Assembly: GCA_963750165.1 (NCBI GenBank)
Contig: CAVVPN010000003.1
Location: forward strand, 1,728,001-1,792,000
Direction: 5' to 3'
Length of the DNA stretch: 64,000 nucleotides
Source of the DNA: an uncultured Gemmataceae bacterium
GTDB taxonomy: Bacteria > Planctomycetota > Planctomycetia > Gemmatales > Gemmataceae
Shown one piece after another: positions 58,353-64,000 of this stretch. A program made the position numbers and the translations under genes. Position 1 is the first letter of the stretch, and each line of letters starts with the position of its first letter. The notes beneath the pieces were generated by a model. It worked only from the letters and a program-made list of their open reading frames with translations. It was not told where the DNA came from and did no database searches.

Positions 58353-61300
58353 ATGCGACCAACCACCAGCTCCCTGTTCGTCGCCTGGGCCGTCTGCAGC
58401 CTGACCGCCGCGTCCGCCGCCGCCCAGGGCCTGACGCCCGAGCAGGCCCTGAAGCGCATGCAGGTGCCCGACGGCCTGCGCGTCCAGCTCGTCGCCGCCG
58501 AGCCCCTGATCCGCCAGCCGGTCACCATGAGCTTCGACGCCCGAGGCCGCCTGTGGGTCATCCAGTATCTGCAATATCCCAGTCCCGCCGGCCTCAAGCC
58601 AGTGCAGGTCGATCAGTACCTGCGTACCAAATACGACCGCGTTCCCGAGCCGCCGCCGAAGGGGCCGCGGCGCCGACCGTATCACCATCCTCGAAGACCC
58701 CGACGCGCACGGCCGCTACCGCAAGGCGAAGGATTTCGTCACCGGCCTGAACCTGGCGTCCGGCATGTGCCTGGGCCACGGCGGCGTCTTTGTGGTGCAG
58801 CCGCCGTACCTGCTCTTCTACCCCGATAAAAACGGTGACGACGTGCCGGACAGCGACCCCGAAGTGCTGCTGACCGGCTTCGGCATGGAGGACGCGCACG
58901 CCTTCGCCAACTCCTTGCAGTGGGGGCCAGACGGCTGGCTCTACGGTGCGCAGGGCAGCACGGTGTACGCGAATATCCGCGGCATCGAGTTCGTGCAGGG
59001 CATCTGGCGCTATCATCCGCTCACGAAGGCATTCGAGCTGTTCGCCGAGGGCGGCGGCAACACCTGGGGCCTGGACTTCGACCGTCACGGCAACGTCATC
59101 GCCGGCACCAATTTCGGCGGTTACGCCATGCTGCACCAGGTGCAGGGCGCCTTTTACGTCAAGAATTTCACCAAGCACGGCGCCCTGAAGAACCCGCACG
59201 CTTACGGCTACTTCGGCCATGTGCCCTACCAGGGCTTCAAGGGCGGCCACGTCACCAACGGCGGCATCATCTACCAGGGCGGGGCGCTGCCGGCGAAGTA
59301 CCACCAGCAGTACATCGCCGGCAACCTCCTGGCCAATTCGCTGTACTGGCACATCCTGGAACGCGACGGCTCCAGCTTCCGGGCGAAGTTCGGCGGCGAT
59401 TTCCTGCTGAGCCACGATCCGTGGTTCCGGCCGGTCGATTGCCTGACTGGCCCCGACGGTGCCGTGTACATCGCCGACTGGCACGACAGGCGCGCCACGC
59501 ACCTCGACCCCATCGACAACTGGGACCGCAGCAACGGCCGCATTTACCGTGTCGAACCCAGCGATGCGAAGCCGCTGCCGCCGTTCAATCTGGCCAAGTT
59601 GACCAGCAAGGAACTGGTCGGTCTGCTCGGGCACAGGAACGACTGGTATGCGCGTGAGGCCCGCCGCCTCCTCGCCGAGCGCCGCGACGCGAGTGTCCTG
59701 CCGGAACTGCGGCAGACAGTGCTGAAGCACAAGGACCAACTGGCGCTGGAAGCGCTGTGGGCGCTGTACGTCAGCGGCGGCTTCGACGACGCCTTCGCGT
59801 TGAAAACGCTCGGCCACGCCAATGCGGACGTGCGCACCTGGACGGTGCGCCTGCTCGGCGACGCGAAAAAGGTGTCGCCGGCCATCCGCCAGCGCCTGGT
59901 CGCGCTGGCGAAGTCGGACCCGAGCCCGACGGTGCGCAATCAACTGGCGTGCAGTTGCAAACGGCTGCCGGCCGCGGCCGCGCTGCCGGTGGTGCGCGAA
60001 TTGCTGCGCCACGATGAGGACGCCAGGGACCCGCAGATTCCGCTGCTGCTGTGGTGGGCCATCGAGGCGAAGGCAGTGTCCGACCGTGACGCGGTGCTGG
60101 CACTGCTGGACGACGCGGCGGCGTGGCGGCAACCGTTGGTGCGGCAGTTCATCGTCGAGCGTCTCGCTCGCCGGTATCTGGCCGAGAACAGCGCCGCCGG
60201 GCTGCGGGCCTGTGCCTGGCTGCTCGACCACGCGCCGAGCAGCGCCGAGGTCGATCTGCTGGTCAAAGGCATGGATCAGGCGCTGGTCGGGCGGCAGCTG
60301 CCGCAGGTGCCGGCCGTGCTGGAAAAGTGGATCGACAAACTCCGCGCTGAGCGGCCCGACGACCTGAAGCGGTTGCGGCTGGCGTTGCGCCTGGGCAGTG
60401 CCGGCGCCTACGCCGACGCCCTGCAGCGCGTGGCGGCCGGCAAGACGCCAGCGGGCACACGGTTGGCGCTGGTTGAGGTGCTCGGCCAGGCCGGCAAGGC
60501 GGAGTGCGTGCCAACGTTGTTGCAGTTGTTCGACCAGGCGAAGACCGACGCGCTGCGCAAGGCACTGCTGGCGGCGCTGCAACCCTACCCGGACGTCCGC
60601 ATCGGTGAGGCCGTCTTGCAGCGCTATCCGAAGTGGTCGGCCGACCTGCGCGGCCGGGCGCAGGCGCTGCTGGCGGCGCGGCCGGCGTCGGCGCTGGCGC
60701 TGGCCCGAGAAGTGGACGCCGGCCGCATTGCCGCGAAGGACGTCGGCCTGGAACAGGTGCGGCAACTGGCCCAGCACAAAAACAAGGAACTGCAAAAGTT
60801 GGTGGCGAAACACTGGGGCCGCGTCGGCGCCGCGACGGCTGGCGAGAAGCTGACGCGCATCGCCTACCTCACCGCCGCGCTCAACAAGGGCAAGGGCGAC
60901 CCCGGGGCCGGTCGCGTGCTGTTCGAGAAAAACTGCGGCACCTGTCACACGCTGTTCGGCCGCGGCACCAAACTCGGACCGGATCTGACCACGGCGGATC
61001 GCAAAAATCGGCAATGGCTGCTGCTGAACATCGTGGACCCCAGCGCCGTCGTGCGCCTGGACTACGCCGCTTACCACGTCGTCACTGCCGACGGTCGCGT
61101 CCTCAGCGGTCTGATCGCCGAGGCCACGCCGCAGGCCGTCACCCTGGTGAACGCCAAAAATGAGCGCACCGTCCTGCCGCGCGACCAGATCGACCGCCTC
61201 GATCCGTCACCCACGTCGCTGATGCCGGAAAAACTGCTCGACAGCCTCAGCGATCAGCAGCTGCGCGACCTGTTCAACTACCTCCAGAGCAACGCCCCGC

Positions 61301-61425
61301 CCCAGGGCGGCCAGGCGGGGCAGAAGCAGGCGCAGGCGTCTGGGCGGCGGGACAGGGAGGCCCCAAAATGGGCTACCCTGGTTGCCCAGTGTCGCTATAA
61401 TTTGTGTAAATTGCCGGGTTGTTGA
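58353..61425 (+). CDS. PVC-type membrane-bound dehydrogenase/heme-binding CxxCH protein; frameshift near 58670
   Basis: VPDGLRVQLVAAEP, FDARGRLWV, WGPDGWLY, FRPVD..GPDGAVYIADW, HEAT repeats, CGTCH, GPDLT, SLMPE. Confidence 0.9.
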
Positions 61426-61547
61426 TTGACACAGGCGGTTTTTTCGGATTCCTGGGAAAAACCTGAAAGTCCGGAGCATCAACTGGCCGATTAACCTTGT
61501 AGAATTGTTAAGTGACGATCCCCTTCCTACCGCCCCAGGGAAGTATC

Positions 61548-61835
61548 ATGGTAGGATTCACACTCCCCCCCACAAGCGTGCTGCGTCTGTGGAACTGGAT
61601 CAGTTCACTCCTCCAGCGCCGGCTGCCGCGCGCGACCGAGGAGCACAGCACGGGTGCGCAAACCCTGTCCACCCGGTTGTCCTTCACAACCGCCGCCTGC
61701 TCGGCCAGGACCGAAATCTCCGGCCTCACCAAAACCGAGGCCGAAGATTTGCTCGACTGGCTGGAGGCCAACGGCGATGACCGCTGGGAGTTGAAGGGGA
61801 TCACTGGCACGGGCTTCGTCCTGCGCCGCCGGTAA
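61548..61835 (+). CDS. Small hypothetical protein
   Basis: ORF with a plausible domain-like C-terminus (GLTKTEAEDLLDWLEANG...GFVL). Start uncertain. Confidence 0.5.
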   Translation: MVGFTLPPTSVLRLWNWISSLLQRRLPRATEEHSTGAQTLSTRLSFTTAACSARTEISGLTKTEAEDLLDWLEANGDDRWELKGITGTGFVLRRR

Positions 61836-61847
61836 TTCGTGGTGTGT

Positions 61848-61901
61848 CCGAGCCCGAGCGCCAGCGCGGAGCCTGCTGTGCCCCGCGCTGGCGCTCGGGC
61901 T
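61848..61901. repeat. Palindromic repeat (GAGCCCGAGCGCCAGCG family), copy 4
   Basis: gagcccgagcgccagcgcgg...ccgcgctggcgctcgggctc. Confidence 0.85.
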
Positions 61902-61920
61902 CCCAGAAACACAAACCATT

Positions 61921-63018
61921 TCACCCCGCCTTCCGCTCGAACTGCTCACGCAGTGTCGTGATCTGCTGGCGCCGCAGCGCCTCCGGCGCGTACGGGTCGA
62001 AGATGACCGGCCCGCGCAGGATTTGCCGCAAGACCTCGAACGCCTGGCGGCGGATTTCCAGGTCGCGCCGCTCCAGGGCCTCCAGCAGCGCCGGCAGCGC
62101 CGCCGGGCCGCGCTCGATCAGCTCCCCCACCGCGGTCGAATGCTCCGGCCCCTTGAGGCGCTCGATGGAGCGGTAGATCAACTCCTGCTCCAGAACGCGC
62201 TGCACCGCCGGCTCCGCTGGCTTCTTCTCCGCCGCCGGCTCGGCCGCTGGCGCCGGCCCGGTCCCGAAGGTGTCGTCGCTGAAGCCGTGGCCGAGGTACT
62301 CGCTGATGGCGATCGGGTCGCGGATGATCTCCTGCGGTGAGCCGTGCGTCCGCACGGTGCCGTCCTTGATGAGATAACTGCGGTCGGTGATCTTCAACGC
62401 CTCACGGACATTGTGGTCGGTCAGCAGCATACCGATGCCCTGGTCGCGCAGCGAGCGCACAATGGTGCGGATGTCGGCGATGGTGATCGGGTCGATGCCG
62501 GTGAACGGTTCATCGAGCAGGATCAGCAGCGGTTCGCACACCAGGCAGCGGGCGATCTCCAGGCGGCGCTTCTCGCCACCGGACAGGCGAGCGGCGTAGC
62601 TCTTGCGGACGTGGTTGAGGCCGAACTGCGTCAGCGCCTCGTCGGTGCGGTCCCAGCGCTCCGAGCGCGTCAGGCGGCGGCCGACGCTGCGGATGTACGG
62701 CGCCATCTCCAGGATCGCCAGGATGTTCTGCTCGGCGGTGAGCTTGCGGAAGATGCTGTGTTCCTGCGGCAGATAACCCATGCCGCGCCGCGCCCGCTGA
62801 TACATGGCCAGCGAGGTGACGTCCTCACCGTTGAACCAGATTTGACCGCCGTTGGGTGTCAGCTGACCGGTGGTCATGCGGAAACTGGTGGTCTTGCCGG
62901 CGCCGTTGGGCCCGAGCAGGCCGACGATCTCGCCGGCGTCCACGTCATAGTTGACGCCGTTGACCACCCGGCGGCGGCCGAAGTCCTTGATGAGTCCGCG
63001 CACTTCCAGCAGGGCCAT
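61921..63018 (-). CDS. lptB: LPS export ABC ATPase LptB with C-terminal HEAT-like extension
   Basis: GLLGPNGAGKTTSF, MYQRARRGMGYLPQE.SIFRKL, LSGGEKRRLEIAR, LDEPF.GIDP, LTDHNVRE. Confidence 0.93.
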   Translation of the reverse strand: MALLEVRGLIKDFGRRRVVNGVNYDVDAGEIVGLLGPNGAGKTTSFRMTTGQLTPNGGQIWFNGEDVTSLAMYQRARRGMGYLPQEHSIFRKLTAEQNILAILEMAPYIRSVGRRLTRSERWDRTDEALTQFGLNHVRKSYAARLSGGEKRRLEIARCLVCEPLLILLDEPFTGIDPITIADIRTIVRSLRDQGIGMLLTDHNVREALKITDRSYLIKDGTVRTHGSPQEIIRDPIAISEYLGHGFSDDTFGTGPAPAAEPAAEKKPAEPAVQRVLEQELIYRSIERLKGPEHSTAVGELIERGPAALPALLEALERRDLEIRRQAFEVLRQILRGPVIFDPYAPEALRRQQITTLREQFERKAG

Positions 63019-63178
63019 GGTCGGTCCTCCCTGACCGCGTTCCGCTTCCCCCACGGCGTATACCCCATCGGCGGGAAATGGGCAAGAGCGATTGAGTGGC
63101 CCACCACGTTAGCGCGTGTGGCGTCCGGGCGTGGCGGCACGTTTCCAACGTGCCGCCACGCCAGCCCCGGCCGGATAC

Positions 63179-64000
63179 TCACGGCTTCAACTTCTTTTGC
63201 GGATTCGGGGCGGTCGGCGGTGGCGGGAGCTGTGGGGGAGGGGGCAAGACAACGGCCGGCTGGGCGAGCGGCACCGCGTAAGCTGGTACGACCGGGGCCG
63301 GGCGCGGCTCGGGGGCCGGCAGTCGCAGGACCAGCGTGCCCTCCCGGATCAGGGCCAGGTGCCGCGGGTCGATCTCCCCGCCCTGCGCCACCAACGTCAG
63401 CACCTCGCGCTTCAGCCGGGCCGCCAATTCCTTGGCGGAGATGTCCTTGCCGCCAGCCTCGACCGCCTGAACCCGGTCGGCGTCGAAGTGCATGGTCGTC
63501 ACGCGGTCGCTGGTGCGGTAGCCGGTCACCGTCCGGCCCTGGCCGTCCATCACCGTCACCGGCTCCGCGACGTTCATGCGCAGCCGCACCGCGAGTTTGC
63601 CGTCCCGGTCGATCTTGACCAGGGCCGGGGTCAGGATCGGGCCGCGGGGTAGGCGGCGGTCGTCCGCACCGGCGGCCCTGGGCGGCTGCACCGCGGGGGG
63701 CTGGGCCGCGGGCGGCTGCGGCGCGGCGAGGGGCGGCCTTTGGGGTTCCGCCGGGGCCGCCATCGTCCCGCAGGTGACGGTCGCCACCGCCAGCCCGATC
63801 AGGCCGGCGGTCAGAAGAACGCCCAGCACCGCTTGCAGTTTTTTCAGCACCATGTCCATTGCCATCCTTTCCATGAGGTGCGCGACCGGGGCAGCAACCA
63901 CCCCGGCCGCCGGTTGTCCGGCCGCGACCCACGTCGCGGCCCTGGCTGTCGCTGCCGCCAGCGCGACCGGCACGGCCGCGGGCGCCACGCCCTGACTGGC
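63179..64000 (-). CDS. C-terminal part of a probable planctomycete-type ECF sigma factor with membrane/periplasmic extension; starts beyond the window
   Basis: AAVPVALAAATARAA...VAHLMERMAMDMVLKKLQAVLGVLL followed by a TM helix and Pro-rich linker is the typical post-sigma4 segment of these proteins. The sigma domains themselves are not visible. Confidence 0.55.
   Translation of the reverse strand, partial: ASQGVAPAAVPVALAAATARAATWVAAGQPAAGVVAAPVAHLMERMAMDMVLKKLQAVLGVLLTAGLIGLAVATVTCGTMAAPAEPQRPPLAAPQPPAAQPPAVQPPRAAGADDRRLPRGPILTPALVKIDRDGKLAVRLRMNVAEPVTVMDGQGRTVTGYRTSDRVTTMHFDADRVQAVEAGGKDISAKELAARLKREVLTLVAQGGEIDPRHLALIREGTLVLRLPAPEPRPAPVVPAYAVPLAQPAVVLPPPPQLPPPPTAPNPQKKLKP

Overview
High-GC bacterial chromosomal DNA. 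The gene content (PVC-type heme CxxCH dehydrogenase, DUF1080, DWG-type Ser/Thr kinase, ECF sigma factor with C-terminal extension, several FHA proteins, many intergenic palindromes) points to a Planctomycetota, probably Gemmataceae-like, genome; this is inference. Housekeeping and transport genes include kdsB-pyrG, punA, rpsT, folE, lptB, a U32 protein, kdpFAB and a sugar ABC transporter. The most unusual region is 20.9-33.1 kb. It starts with a ~560-nt promoter-to-terminator, hairpin-dense segment with no credible ORF. A co-oriented non-canonical Hsp70 cluster follows: degenerate pseudo-Hsp70, two TPR proteins, an HPD-less J-like protein, GrpE and an intact Hsp70. A translationally coupled ParB/Srx-like plus Zn-ribbon gene pair is wedged inside it. 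Other oddities: a giant Clp-like AAA+ protein with an exactly in-frame 60-bp REP-like palindrome; a kdp operon with a sigma54-type promoter and no adjacent kdpC/kdpDE; two secreted Tyr-rich proteins sharing a C-terminal PSYWYG motif; and a dispersed ~120-bp-unit repeat family. About nine genes or junctions show apparent frameshifts, most likely assembly indels. No rRNA, tRNA, CRISPR array or transposase was recognised.
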